NCBI RefSeq assembly: GCF_009834535.1
Contig: NC_045707.1
Location: 58,964,001 to 59,028,000 of the forward strand
Source of the DNA: Camelus ferus
Taxonomy: Eukaryota
Reading direction: 5' to 3'
DNA length: 64,000 bases
Positions 25,025 through 38,389 of the stretch are shown piece after piece. Made by a program: the position numbers and the translations under genes. Within the stretch, counting starts at the first letter, position 1; each line of letters opens with the position of its first letter. Below the pieces are notes generated by a model. It saw nothing but the letters and a program-made list of their open reading frames with translations. It had not been told where the DNA came from and made no database searches.

Positions 25025-26506
25025 AATCAACAAAAGTTTCCTAGCAAATATTTTTCCTCAGTGTTGCCTAAGGCTTATTAACATATATTTCATATGGTAT
25101 CATGACTGGTTGAAGAGCAGGAAATCCTATCACTGCTGCTAAATAATTTGTAAACACATCTAGTGAAAATATTGAAGTTGACTAGTCATTAATATACTTT
25201 AAAATGGGGCTTTTAAAAGATTAATGTGGATGATCAAAGATAGACATTGAAATGCTTCAATGCACTTTTCATGGGGAAATAATTATCACCATAAAACACT
25301 TCATGGAGGGCTTTTTGTTTTGTAGAAGATTTTCCAAACAACTTTTCAATATGATGCACGTAGATAACTAGAAAAGATATAAAGATGGGAAAAGTTGTCT
25401 AATAAATTAAACTTAATTTCTAAAACTTTCCATGGAAACTTCCAAGAACTATAAAGTGCTTTAAGAAAGACTTAACTACATTATGATAAAAGTTCTCAGC
25501 TACAGAGTATCACAAATGACTGATAATTCACACTTTTACTGTAGCCTGCTGCCTGGAAGAAAAAAAAAAAAACCATGAAGTTACTCTTCAGTCCCTTGAT
25601 AATTAGCTCCTGTTGTCAAAGCTTCAGTTACAATTCGAAAAAAAAAAGTCTTAAATGTCAGGAACCACGCAGTCTGATAAATATGGATGACATTTAAGAA
25701 GAAAAGTACGTAGAGTCTACAAAAGAAGAAAAGGATAAATGTTTTGTGCTGCAATTATTAAAATACCTTGTATCTCATTCACATTATTTGCTCATCTACA
25801 TGAATGACACCTTCTGTTTATGATAAAAATGGTACAATTCCCTACTTCCCCTTGTTAAATACCGAGAAGCTTATACATAACACCTTATACATAGGCTACT
25901 GAAAAGGAAAATTAGAGCGTGTATAGAAATCCTGTTTATTGTTTGGAGTCATGCAGAGAACTCCCCTGATTATAATCTTTTTTTCTAAATTTATTTTATT
26001 TACTAACTGTATCCTTGTGACTACATTAGTGCATATTTATAGATTATTACACTATGTAATTCAGATCTGCCATTTGAGTAAGCGGCCACTTCACATCAAA
26101 TCAAAGGCTTACACACAGTTGGGAGGTACGTTGCTAAATTAAGTGATAAACAGCCGGCAGAGCGCCTATGGAAAACAACTTGGGAGAAACAGCCAGTCGG
26201 GAATTTTTAAAATAGCACAGAATTTAACAACTTTATTCTCAAAGATATTCACCAACTCTACTTGGCAGTCCACTTTGATCTGTGGGTTGACACTACCTTC
26301 TCCCTGTATCGATCCTGCTACCACTTCTTAGAAAGTTATGTAAAATCATCAGTTGTGCAAACTAACTAGAAATAATTCCGTTAGCCGTAAGACACAAAAC
26401 AGTTTCTCAAGGCTTTAGGTTAACATATTAAAGGAACACACAGATTTAATTAAAATAGACTCACAGCTATGAGCCATAAATTTGGGGAAGGGTGAGATGG
26501 TAGAAT

Positions 26507-26880
26507 GTTATGGACTGAATTGTATTCCCCCAACCCCCGGCAAAATTCATAGGTTGAAGACCTAACTCTCAATGTGACTACATTTGGAAATAGGACCTTT
26601 AAGTAGATAAGGTTAAATGTGGTCATAAAAGTGGGGCCCTAATCTAACATGACTGGCATCCTAATAAAAAGAGAGGGAGATACAAGGGATGCTCGCAGGC
26701 ACAGAGGAGAGGCCGCACAGGGGCAGCAAGGAGGCAACCAGCTGCAAGCCACCGTGAGAGACCGCAGGAGAAACCTTGACCTTGAACTGCTAGGCTTCAG
26801 GACCGTGAGACAAGAATTTTCTGCTGTTTAAGCCACCCAACCTCTGGTATTTTGTCAGAAGAACTAGCAAACCAATATAC
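26507..26880 (+). mobile_element. MaLR solo LTR (MLT1B-like)
   Basis: TGTTATGGACTGAATTGT start, AATGTGACTACATTTGGAAATAGG, and GTTTAAGCCACCCAACCTCTGGTATTTTGT...CTAGCAAACCAATATAC end. Confidence 0.9.
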
Positions 26881-28830
26881 CCCTGCAACTTTCCTCTTGC
26901 CACTTTGTAATCCCTTCCCAGCCCCTCACCCCATTCCTAGTCAACCACAGATTTGCTTAATGTCACTACAGATTGGTTTGCATTTTACAGAATTTTATAA
27001 AGTGAAATCATACAGATTGTTTTTTGTTGTTGTTGTTGAATTACTTACTTCACTCAATATAATCATGTTTAGATTCATTCATGTCCTAACTTTGGATCAA
27101 CAGTTTATTCCTTTTTATTGTTAAGTATTATTTTATTATATGTATATACTACAGTTTATTCACTCACCTTTTGATGAGTATTTGAGTTGCTTCCAGCTTT
27201 TGGTTATTACAAATAAAGCTGCTGTGAATTTTTGCACACAGTCTTTTTATGGATATGTGCTTTCATTTCTCTTCGGTAAATACCTATAAGATAAATGGCT
27301 GGATCGTATGTTACAAGTATGTTTAATTTTTAAGAAACTGCCAAACTGGATTCCAAAATGGTTGGAATTTAAAAAGTGATACCATTTATGATAGTATCAA
27401 AAATATGAATGCCTAAGGATAAATCTCTCAAGACATGAAAGATACGAAAATTTTAAAAGTTGCTGAAAGAAATAAAAGGCCTAAGTAGAGATGTACATTC
27501 TATGTGGGTTGAATGATTCAGTAATTTAAGATGCCAGTTCTCATCAAATTGATCTATGAATTTCACATTTTAATCAAAATTGAAAAGGTAATTTTGTAGA
27601 GACTGGAAAATTCTAAAAATTATATAGAAATGCAAAAAGCCTAGAATAGCAAGTAAGTTTGAAATAATCAGAGAATATTACCTAACCTCTTATAAAGATA
27701 CAATATAGGCACATGAAAAAATGCTCAGTATCGTTAATTATCAGAGAAATGGAAATCAAAACTATAATGAGCTATCACCTCACACCAGTCAGAATGGCCA
27801 TCATTGAAAAGTCCACAAACGATAAATGCTGAAGAGGGTGTGGAGAAAAGGGAACCCTCCTACCCTGTTTGTAGGAATACAGTTTGGTGCAGCCATTGTG
27901 GAAAACAGTAAGGAGATTCCTTTACGAAAAACTAAAAATCGACTTGCCATATGATGCAGCAATCTTACTCCTGGGCTTTTGCACTTCAATGTTCACAGCA
28001 GCACTGTTTACAATAGCCAAGACATGGAAGCAACCTAAATGTCCATCAAAAGATGACTGGATACAGAAGTTGTGGTATCTATGGAATACTACTCAGCCAT
28101 AAAAAGAATGAAATGATGCCACTTGCAGCAACATCGAGGACCTGAAGATTGTCATACTAAGTAAGCCAGAAAGAGAAAGAAAAATACTGTATTATATCAC
28201 TTATATGTGGAATCTAAAAAAATTACACAAATGAACTTATTTACCAAACAGAAACAGACTCATAGACACAAACTTATGGTTACCAGGGAGGAAAGAGGGA
28301 TTGGTTGCAAATTTGGGAATTGCAGATACGAACTACTCTATATAAAATAGATAAACAACAAGGTCCTACTGTATAGCACAGGGAACTATATCCAGTATCT
28401 TGTAATAGTGTATAATGAAAGAGAATGTGTGTGTGTGTGTGTATAGTTAAATCACTATGCTGTACATCAGATATTAACACAACATTGTAAACCAACAATA
28501 CTTCAATAAAAAAGATACAATAAACAAGACACTGTGATATTGATGTAAATATAGACTAATACATCAACGGAACAAAATGGAAAGTCAGAAATAGTCCCGC
28601 ACATATATGGGCCACTGTTGTCAACAAAGGTACTAAAGCAAGCCAGTGGGGAGAAGACACTTGTTTCATTAAATCATGTTAAAACAACTGGATAACCATT
28701 TGCAAAAGAATCCACACCTTACGAAACATAAAAGTCGATTTAACTCAGAATAAAGCATAGACCTCAATGTAAAACAAGAAAAAACAGAGGAGAAAAACTG
28801 ACTTTGGACCATGCAAATACTTTTCTCTGA
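26881..28830 (-). mobile_element. Old L1M with inverted ORF2 arm (minus 26881-27365; plus 27366-27705 and 28523-28830)
   Basis: Antisense 3' part up to GAAACTGCCAAACTGGATTCCAAAATGGTTG, then sense ORF2 (ATACCATTTATGATAGTATC...CAAATTGATCTATGAATT...). It is split by a young L1. Confidence 0.75.
27706..28510 (+). mobile_element. Young 5'-truncated L1 (camelid-like) with 12-bp TSD
   Basis: ORF2 end ([11 protein letters not shown]...FTAALFTIAKTWKQPKCPS), 3' UTR and CTTCAATAAAA terminus. TSD AAAGATACAATA at 27694-27705 and 28511-28522. Confidence 0.95.
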
Positions 28831-30594
28831 AAATTCAATTAAAACTGTTGTGGGGCCCATGATATTTACTGTCACCGTGGAGCAAAAAGTTCAGTGAAGT
28901 TGACTTTGTATTGTCTTAAATATCTCTATAACTAATGGCCCTAAAATTAATTTACATGTTTTATTTCTCCGTTGAGAAATTACTTTGCTTTAATATGCCC
29001 CAATATCTTACAATGAATTACACAAAAGTAAATATAGAACCTTTTTTTCCCCTCACTCTTTATAACTATGTACATCTTTTATCTCAAGGGCCTCATAGCA
29101 ATCCTGTGGGGAAAGTGCTATTATTTTCAAAATAAGAAGATAGATGGATGGTTATAGAGCAATTTGCCCAAAGTCACTTAGCTAGAAAAACAAAAGCTGT
29201 GATTCAAACCCAATTTCAATGACTACTGACCCAGAGCTTCTACCCCATCACTATACCACGTGATGTTTTTATTTTAACCTCCTACTCTTCGTAACAATAG
29301 TCCAATCAGTTGCTATTAGCCACTGTATTTTTTCCTATAGAAACTGATTTTTTAAAGGGTAGGTAGGCAAATTAGATGCTTGATTTGAATTCACTTTTGC
29401 TTGCCTCGAAGAAAATGAAGTATATGAAACTTTCACCTGCGCACAAGCTCTGCTGCTGAAGAGTTTTGGCTATGTATTCTCAGTTATCTTGTCTGACACT
29501 GAGACACAGTGAACTTAATGGAATGATCACAAGTATAATGTCCTACTAATTTAGATATATATGTGTGTGTGTGTTTACATTTTTAAAGGTTTAAGAAGTT
29601 ACCTTTCCATGAAATTATCCTGTTCTATTTCTCTCCAATGCACAGAAAATATTTTATTAAAATTCACAGCTTTTTTATCAAACAATACAAAAATCAAGAA
29701 AAGTAGAATATTTAAATCTAATCACTACTACTTATCGTGTACCCACTGCATTAGGTATATAGATGATGATGCAGGAGGGCAAGCTCTTATCTAAAGCAAG
29801 ATTCTCTCCATGGAATACAGAATTCATATGTAAAATACTTTAAAAAAAATAAGGCAGGATGTAATACAGTAATAAAGTAAATAGATGCCAGAGTAATTCA
29901 GAGATGAGAGAGTTAATATATGAGAGCATAGTTTAGGAATTCTTGGTGAAGAAGTAGGATTTGATTCAGCTTTTAAAACAAATAGTAACTTTTAGGACTG
30001 GTATATGAAGGCAGAGCTTACCAACATTGATTTTTAATATTAATAAATTACTATATCCATTTTAACTGACTCATCTGTTGGTAACAAGCTGCATGTCAAT
30101 TCAAATAAAGATGGTAAGAAGACTGCAGAAACAAGCAGGGATAACATGATTATAACTTGTCAAGTAGTAAATACTACCAGCCTATTCTTGTTATTGTGGT
30201 TATGCAAACAAAAACAATTCTTTAAAATCCATGTTGAAAAGCAAAGAACAAGGCATTTCATCAATTCTTTCTTTATAACTCTCTAGGCTCTCATCGCCTC
30301 CTGATTCGCTTATTGCAATAGCCAGCTCAATGGCTTTCGAGTTGGTAAGATCTCCTGGCTTCCAATCCATCCTATGCATAGCCACTATGTTAATCTCCCC
30401 CAAACATCCAATTTTTGATGTCAATCTTTTGATCAAATGACCTAAGGCAGCAATTTTAGAAAATATTACTATAGTTTAGGCAACATTACAAGTTCTTTCT
30501 CAAAAAATTTTGCAGTTGAATACATTTAGAAAACATTGTTTATAAAGCTACACATTTGTGTGGAACTTAAGACTTTAATGTGCTAATATATGAA

Positions 30595-31945
30595 ATGGAA
30601 TAGAATGGAGAGCCTTAGAAAAAGAGCCATACATGGATTGCCAATTGATTAACAAAGGTACAAAAGCAATTTTCAGTGGGGGAAAAATCTTTTCAAAACA
30701 GTGCTGGAGCAATTGGTTTTCCAATATGCAAAATAATTAATCTGGATCTTTACCTCATACCATATATAGTATTTTACTTGAAATGAATCACAGATCTAAA
30801 TTTAAGAGCTAACACTATAGAAGTCCTGCTAGAAAAAACTGACTAAATATCATTTTTGTATTAGGTAAAGATTTCTTAGGAAAAAACACTAAAATATGAG
30901 CTATAAAACAATTGATAACTGGGACTTAATTAAAATGACCAACTTCTACTCTCCAATACCTATTGTTATGACAATAAAAAGTCAAGATACAGACTAAGAA
31001 ACAATATTGAGAAACAATTAACTGAAGAACTTAATCCAGAATATATAAAGAACACTTACCACTCAATAAGAAGATACCTATCCCAATAAAAAAAATAAAC
31101 AGATAAACTATTGGACACTTCCAAGAAGATTTACTAACAGCAAGTAAACATAAGAGAAAATGCTCAACATCCTTAGTTATCAGAGAAATACAAAATTTAA
31201 AAACACAATGTGATCCCATGACCTACCCATCTGAATCACTGAAATTAACAAGACTGTTCATGACAAGTGTCTGTGAGGATGTAGAGCAACTGGAACTCTC
31301 ACAGACCGCTGGTGGTAACAGGTAGACATACAGCTACCTTATGGCATACAACTTCCACTTCTACGTACTCACTCTCAAGAAACTACAGCCTATTTCCACA
31401 CACAGACTTACTTGTACAGAAATGTTCATGGGGTATTTGTTTGGGATTCTGTCTTAAAAGCTAGAAACTTAACTAAAAGGTAAAGCAACACAAATGACAA
31501 CCAACATGTCAATCAAACTATGTTTCATGGTGCAATTACACAACTACTCAGTAAAAAAACAAACGATTGATTCATGTGACATGAGAGTCTCAAAACAAAA
31601 ATGCTACATGGAAAAAGTCACATTCTCTTCCTCTGCTTACATTATAAAATCATGACTGCATAATGGGATTGCATGATGGTACTAAAATGATAATAATCAT
31701 AATCACATGACTGCACAATGTGTGATTCCATTTCTGTAAAATTCTAGGAAATACATATTAATGTTTAGTGACAGAAAGCACTGGAAGACTTTAGGAGCTT
31801 ATGGAAATGTACCTGTGGTAATGGTTTCATAGGTATGTGTGCACATATATATACATACATATGTGTAAATTTATCACATTTCAATATGGGCAGTTTTTTG
31901 GTTCTCAGTTACACCTCAATAAAGTTATATATTAAAAAAAAAAAG
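30595..31945 (+). mobile_element. Old L1M ORF2 3' part and 3' UTR
   Basis: AAATGCTCAACATCCTTAGTTATCAGAGAAATACAAAAT, GGATGTAGAGCAACTGGAACTCTC, ending TTACACCTCAATAAAG plus an A-tail. Confidence 0.85.
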
Positions 31946-32350
31946 CACAGAAGGGAATAAAGACAAAATTTCTTAGCTTAGAATTTATTGCTTTCAGCAA
32001 TCTAACCAGTCTCTGAAAATATGCAAATGACATTGGCCCACACTTGCTGACCTGAGGTCTGAAAGTGGCCTGGCTAAATACTTCTCCTCCTCTACAATTT
32101 TATTATGTTTTTCCCCCTAGAACACCGTTGTTTTGTTTTGTTTTTTTTTTAATCCTCAAAGTTTAGTTATTTTACCAAGTTAATCCTTGGTGTTAAGTTT
32201 TCCTAGAATAGCATCTAAGTATGTACTGATCGAGATGTTATTTGATTTCAAGAATTCTTTCATTATGTTTTCTAAAGTATTTTTTATACTTATCTGGGGA
32301 TTGCACCTTCATTGTCTGGCCCTCTGTATCAACTCTATTATTATCTATAC

Positions 32351-32899
32351 TGATCAAGACAACTTTAACCTTTCCCTCAGCTTGACTAAACTTTAGACGG
32401 GCTTCTTCCTGCCTCTGATCCCACCCCTCACCTGCCATACAGAATCCAGATGGCCTAAATACACAGCTCTCTCCTCCCTTTACTTAGAGCATTTACTTTA
32501 GAAAGCTTGTCATAAATTCTTTCTCTGTTCCACTGTGATTTAAATACTTTTGGAAGCTTCTTCCTGATTTTACAACCTAACACTGTTTTTCTCAAGGACC
32601 TGGGAGTCATCCCTTTGAAATGCAATCAACAAGGGAAAGAGTACCCCTCTCTCTAAATTTCTGTGGGATGGGCAGGAGCTTAACTTGCTTTGCTCCAAGT
32701 GTTAAGACCATCTCTTGTGACACAGGCATGAGAAGATGGGCTGTGGTCCCCTGCACTCAGCCCTTAAAAACTCTCCTGCCCCTACCATCAGCAGAGTTTA
32801 GTTCAGACTGCATTCTAATCTTTCTTCCCTATTCCAATAGCCTTGAATAAAACCATCTTCACCTACTTAACTTTGTCTAACACAATTTATGCATTGACA
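32351..32899 (+). mobile_element. ERV1-class solo LTR (MER31/MER67-like)
   Basis: TG...CA termini, CTCAGCTTGACTAAACTTTAGAC, CTCAAGGACCTGGGAGTCATCCCTTTGAAATG, TATA-like CTTAAAA at about 32763 and AATAAA at about 32846. Confidence 0.75.
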
Positions 32900-34254
32900 A
32901 TATTCATTTTTTTTACCTTTCCCTCAGGGTGTGTGTGTATGTGTATACATATGTGTATAAATATACACACAAATAAAATTTTGCTCCTTTTCAATGTTTT
33001 TGAAATTACCTATTTTATTTAATTTACTCACTTCTGTAGTTCTTTTTCCAATTGGTAATTTGATATTTTGCCTCTTACCCTTTGATGTCTTTAATTTACT
33101 TGAAAGGGTAAAGCAATTCTTTTCTAAAATTACAAAATGTATATACCTATGCTTTACATATAGCATAAGTGTCTTTAATTTTCTTGGCCAACTTTTGCAT
33201 TAATTTAATGTTATATTTATTTTTGATTTTGCTTCTCATAGCAAAACGCTTTTCATTTTGCCACTTAGGCTAATAATTGTTCCTAAATATGGTACAGAGA
33301 TTCTCTTTTACTTTTCTATGTCTTATCATGACATCGTTTCAGTACTTTAAATTGGAAGCCTTGATGTTACTGATTTTTTTTCCCTTCATCTAATTAAGTT
33401 TATTTGGCTACTGGGCGGGGTGGTTACTAAGGGAGACAGGGCACTAGGCAACTTCTTGTCAACTTTTCCTACAGATTCATTGACTTCCATCTCCCATTGG
33501 CTTGTGTGGTTAAATAAGTGCAAGGTTAGGATGAGATCTTCATTCCTAGGCTTTCAGGAGTGAACACCACCTTGGAAAAAGCTTCATCTAGTGTGATTCA
33601 ATACAGCTCGTAGGATTTTTTTTTTTTTTTTTTTTTTACTGATCTGCAACACAAAATGTCTTTGTTGACCCAAGATGTCCCCACATCGTTGTTCCCTTGT
33701 TTCTCCCTTGACCCAGCTACCACTACAATCTCCTTCTTTCCTTTCAAATGAGATATCATGGTTATCTTGTGTGGTCAGAAGATCTCTTGCTCAGTCCTCC
33801 TCCCATTCTATGGCATGAGAGTGAGACCACAAATAATAACATTCTACTATTAACCTCCAAGCAAGAGAATTTAGTAGTCAGATTGTCCGACTTTCTCAAT
33901 TTCTTTTCATATTTAGGATTATAAGCAGTATTTGTATTTTTGGAGTACTTCACCTAAGTATAAATTGCATATTGTCCAGGAGATAATCTATAGAATTTGA
34001 AGTATGGCTTTGTTGTCACTGTTTAATTTCAGTAGACATATGCAGTTTACATCTAATCTGAGGTTGTTTTTCTTCTTTGAACGAGTCTGAAAGAGATTAA
34101 TGCATTGTACACTTTGCCAACTTTCTTGGAAGTCTTCCCAAACTAGCGTTAAAATCACTTTCAAATTTTCTCTCTGCAGCAAACAAAAACATTTGATCAA
34201 TTCAGATGAGACATGATTAGCACCCATTTGCCTAATCTCTTTTAATAATGTGAC

Positions 34255-34820
34255 AGGTGATAGCCTCCTATCTGTTCTCTCTGCTTCAGCTCCTATTGCC
34301 CTCTCCAGTTTATTTTCAGCAGAGCAATCAGAATGATGCTGTTAAAATTAAAGTCAGATCATGTCATTCCTCCACTCAAAATCTTCCAATAGTTTCTATT
34401 TCACTCAGAATAAAATCTGAGGTTTTTATTATGAACTACAAGGACCTTCACGGTCTGGGTCCCCCAGATGTCTCTAACCTCATCTCTCACACTTCCTCCC
34501 TAATTCACATGAGTCGACACACCCTTTAACAGTACAGGCCAGCTATACTCCCCACCCCCAAGCTCTTAGCATTGGCTCTTCCCTCAGCTTAGCCCATTCA
34601 CATTAAGAGGAAACTTCTCAGAAGACTTTCTCAACCATCTTATCCAAAATTTTGACATATTCTAACCTTACCTGCCTTTTATCTCCCATATCACTTACAG
34701 TCTATTTATTCGTCTTGTTTATCAAATATCTTCCCCAGACAACTTTAAGTTCCACACGGGAAAGGCTTTTGGTCTGACTTGTTCACTGTTATATTCCCAG
34801 TACCTAGAGCAGAGTTTGGC
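34255..34820 (+). mobile_element. L2 3' fragment
   Basis: AAGTCAGATCATGTCATTCCTCCACTCAAAATCTTCCAA...TTGTTCACTGTTATATTCCCAGTACCTAGAGCAG. Confidence 0.85.
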
Positions 34821-35191
34821 TATTATGAATGGAATGTTTATGTTCTCCACCCCCCTCCCAAGTTAATATGTTGGAGACCTAACCCTTAAAGTGATGCTAT
34901 TAGGAAGTGGGACCTTTGGGAAGTAACTAGGTTTGGATGAGGTCAAGAGTGTGCCCCCCACCCCAACAATGATGAGATTAGTACCCTGGTAAAAAGGGAA
35001 GAGACACCAGAGGCTGCTTCTTCCTGCCACGTGAAGACGCAGCAAGAAGGCAGCCAGCTGCAAATCAGAAACAGAGCCCTCACCAGACCCCAACATGCTG
35101 GTACCCTGATCCTGGACCTCTAGCCTCCACAACTGTGAGAAAACGAGTATCAACAAATAACAAATTACAGCAGCCCAAGCTGACTTAGCCA
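34821..35191 (+). mobile_element. MaLR solo LTR (MLT1A-like) inserted in the L2 tail
   Basis: GTGATGCTATTAGGAAGTGGGACCTTTGGG...CCCTGATCCTGGACCTCTAGCCTCCACAACTGTGAGAAA...CAGCAGCCCAAGCTGACT. Confidence 0.9.
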
Positions 35192-38100
35192 GTTGCCCAT
35201 GAAAGACAGTTAATAGTTGATTAAGGACATAAATAAATCAGAGTCTTGGAAAGGAAATACCCTGGTAGCTTGGGTCTGACTTTCTCTCCAAGAAGAATGC
35301 AGCTGCCACAGACCACTTAGATGACCCATGTTATCCAATTTGGTGGTAAAAAAAATAAAACCAATGATATGGAACTAGTACTGACCGTGTTCAATGTAAC
35401 ACTTATTCCATAGAAACACTACAGTGCACTGATTATACACATGCAGGCTGTGAAGCTGGAATGCATGGGTTGGATCCTCAGCATGGCTACTTACTAATAT
35501 CTTATGCAAGGCAATCACTTGTAAGTCATCTGTAATGGGTGGAACAGTAATGTTGTGAGGATCACACAAGTTCATGTATTAGAGCATTTAGAATTTTTGG
35601 CACGTATTTAGTGTCCAGTGAATATGAGGTATTGCTAATTGTTGTGAAGTTGTTTGGCTTTATTCTAGGATTCACAAGTAAGTAATGGAAGTGTCTTCAA
35701 GCCAAACAGCTACTGTTTTCAAAGCACCCTGGTTTTATATTCCCTTTTCAGATGAACAAACCTGTACATAAGAATTCATTCTTTACAAGAAAGGAGCAAC
35801 GCATTTTAACCTTCGAAAATGAAAGGCCATTGATTCTTTCTGATGCTCCCAAATCTCTCAAAGGTCACACTGCCGAGAGATGAAACCAGATGAGACCTGA
35901 GAACTTTTGGACAGCACTTCCTTAGGTAATGAAATTACACCTATTTTTAATCCTTTGTAATGAGCAACGTGCAAAATCACACAATCAGAATATTAAACTA
36001 TCAGAAGAGTGGGAGACCTATACATCACACTCCTCATTTTTCTGATGAGCAAATTGAAGTTTTAGTAGAGAGCCTTCACAGTGGGTGTTCAATACAATTC
36101 TCAGGCTTTAATATAAATCCTATTATATTAAGAAGAAATTACTCACAGCACTACATTTCTGTTTGCTTAGGACAAAACTAAAATTGTTTCAGCATAAGCC
36201 GACTGTTAAAAATTCAACATAGATAAAAATACTCAAATGCTAGGGAGTACGCAAACATTTGTGACCAGGAGGTCAAGAGAATCTCTACTGAATGTGTATG
36301 TTTTACATAAAACATGATATGTCTATGCATAAACATGGCTGCATTTAACATCATGAGAACAGTGCATTGCTTTTACGAATTAACTTTTGCCTTTACAGGC
36401 ACGTTATCATCCCAAATAAAACTGAAGGTGAATATTGTGGTTGAAATGATAAAAACAGTATATATGATTTTTATACTAAGAGTATTTGGTAAATCAAAAT
36501 GTTTGAAATTTCTTTATCTTCAATGCAATCGTAAGCAATTTAACATTGTGGTTTCTCTGTTTTAACAAACTAAAATGAGCCATCTAAAGAAATAGTATGT
36601 AATTAAGTGAAAAGAAGTTATCTGAGAGGACTTTTTTGTACTGATCACTCATGACTCACACTGAGGGCACACCCTCCCCAATGGACACAACTGAATCTCA
36701 CAGAACTCTTCAGCTCTTTACCTATGTAAGAACTCTGTCTCCAAATTTTATCTTGCTTATTTCTCTCACTGGCTTTCTTTCCCTATTCTTGATTTTCTCT
36801 CTGCTTGCAGGACCTGATGTGCATAGTATGGCAGTGCCTTTAGCCAACACCCCCCTCATATCAAAAGGAAACTGCTCTGACTTTTATGAATGGCAAAAAT
36901 ACCTGACCTAGGAAAGCTTATCCCCTTTTAGTAGGATGTCTGAATACTCAATAGTAAACAGCAGTCATTGAGTCATTTCTAAATAGCATCACTTAAATAT
37001 TTCTAATACTTTAGAGGACCTTGGGAATACAAGGCTGATTTCCAGGTCAGAGATTTATATATTTATTTTCTAATTAGCAGATATCATCATTGGCTGTAAC
37101 ACCCAAATTGATCATCAGTAGCACTTCATCCAAACACTATCGCATTTCCAAATGTCTATGTAATACTGACAAGGCTAAAGCTAGTAGGTTAGGTTTAAAA
37201 AAAACAAACTTAGTCATATTTTATATCATGTAGGTGTAAGTATATTTTTATATGCAGTAATAGCACTTACACTTAATCCTTGATTGAATCCCAGTTCCTA
37301 AGCATCAACTTCTTCCTAGATTAGCTGAGTGCATGAGGCCTAGTGAGCCATTAGCTTTTACTGGAGGATGGATGAGTACCACTCCCTACAGAACAGAGGA
37401 TCAGCTCCTGCCTTGCAGCAAGCTTTTTCCTGGATTCTCTTCACAATGGGATTTAACCACGTCTTTTCCTGACGTAACCAGAGAGGAAAGAGGCAGTCAG
37501 AAGAAGAAAATGAAATCTATTGAAATGAAATCATCAAGTGGGCGTGGCTTTGCCTCTGACATGACTGATCCTCACTGCTAGACCCCCTTTCGCGGGGTGG
37601 CCCATGGAAATTTCTCTGGGTAGTAAAGCATACATGATCTGGAATGCAAATCATAGCTGTCATTTATGAAAAGAATTTTTCTTTTAATGTTGCTTAAAAA
37701 AGATGTACTATCTGATAAATGAATCTTGTGATAGAATAAAATGTTCCCTCATTCTTCAACTCTTTTTCTTTTAAGATATTTTACACTTACCACTTCCCAG
37801 CACAATTTATTACTTAAAACTTTTAAAGCAGAAATAAAAAGATATGGGAGAGAACTGTATAGCTTTCCCTCAGAATTTAACAAATTAGTAACTCATTTAG
37901 AGGAAGGAAATAAAATGGTTAACTGGTTGTTTTCTAGCCTGGAAAGGCTAGACCTCATATTTCCATCTTGTTTTTTAAAGTAGTTTTTTTTTTCTGACAC
38001 TGCTCAGAATTAGTATGCCAGGATTTTACTTAGCAGTAATTTAGGAAAATGGGGAAAGATGCTAAGGATATATGAATGTTTTTTAAACTGGATGTTAGCA

Positions 38101-38389
38101 AGAACTTCACTATGTACAGGACATCTATTCTAAAGAACCAACAAAAAGACTTCTACCACTAGGGAAGAGGTAGAGGATTTGAAAGACTTTTTCTCTGATG
38201 GTAAAACTAAGAAAAATCAAGACAATTAAAAACCACACTTTTCTGTGGTTTTTAGGAAGATTAGGAAAAAGTATTTGCAAAGAAACCTGATGAACTGAAT
38301 TCCAGGGAGAAATCAGCCTTCAGAGTTGAGCAGAGTATAATGACAGCTTCTACACAGTTCCTGGGAAAAATGTATAGACCAAAAAGTAA

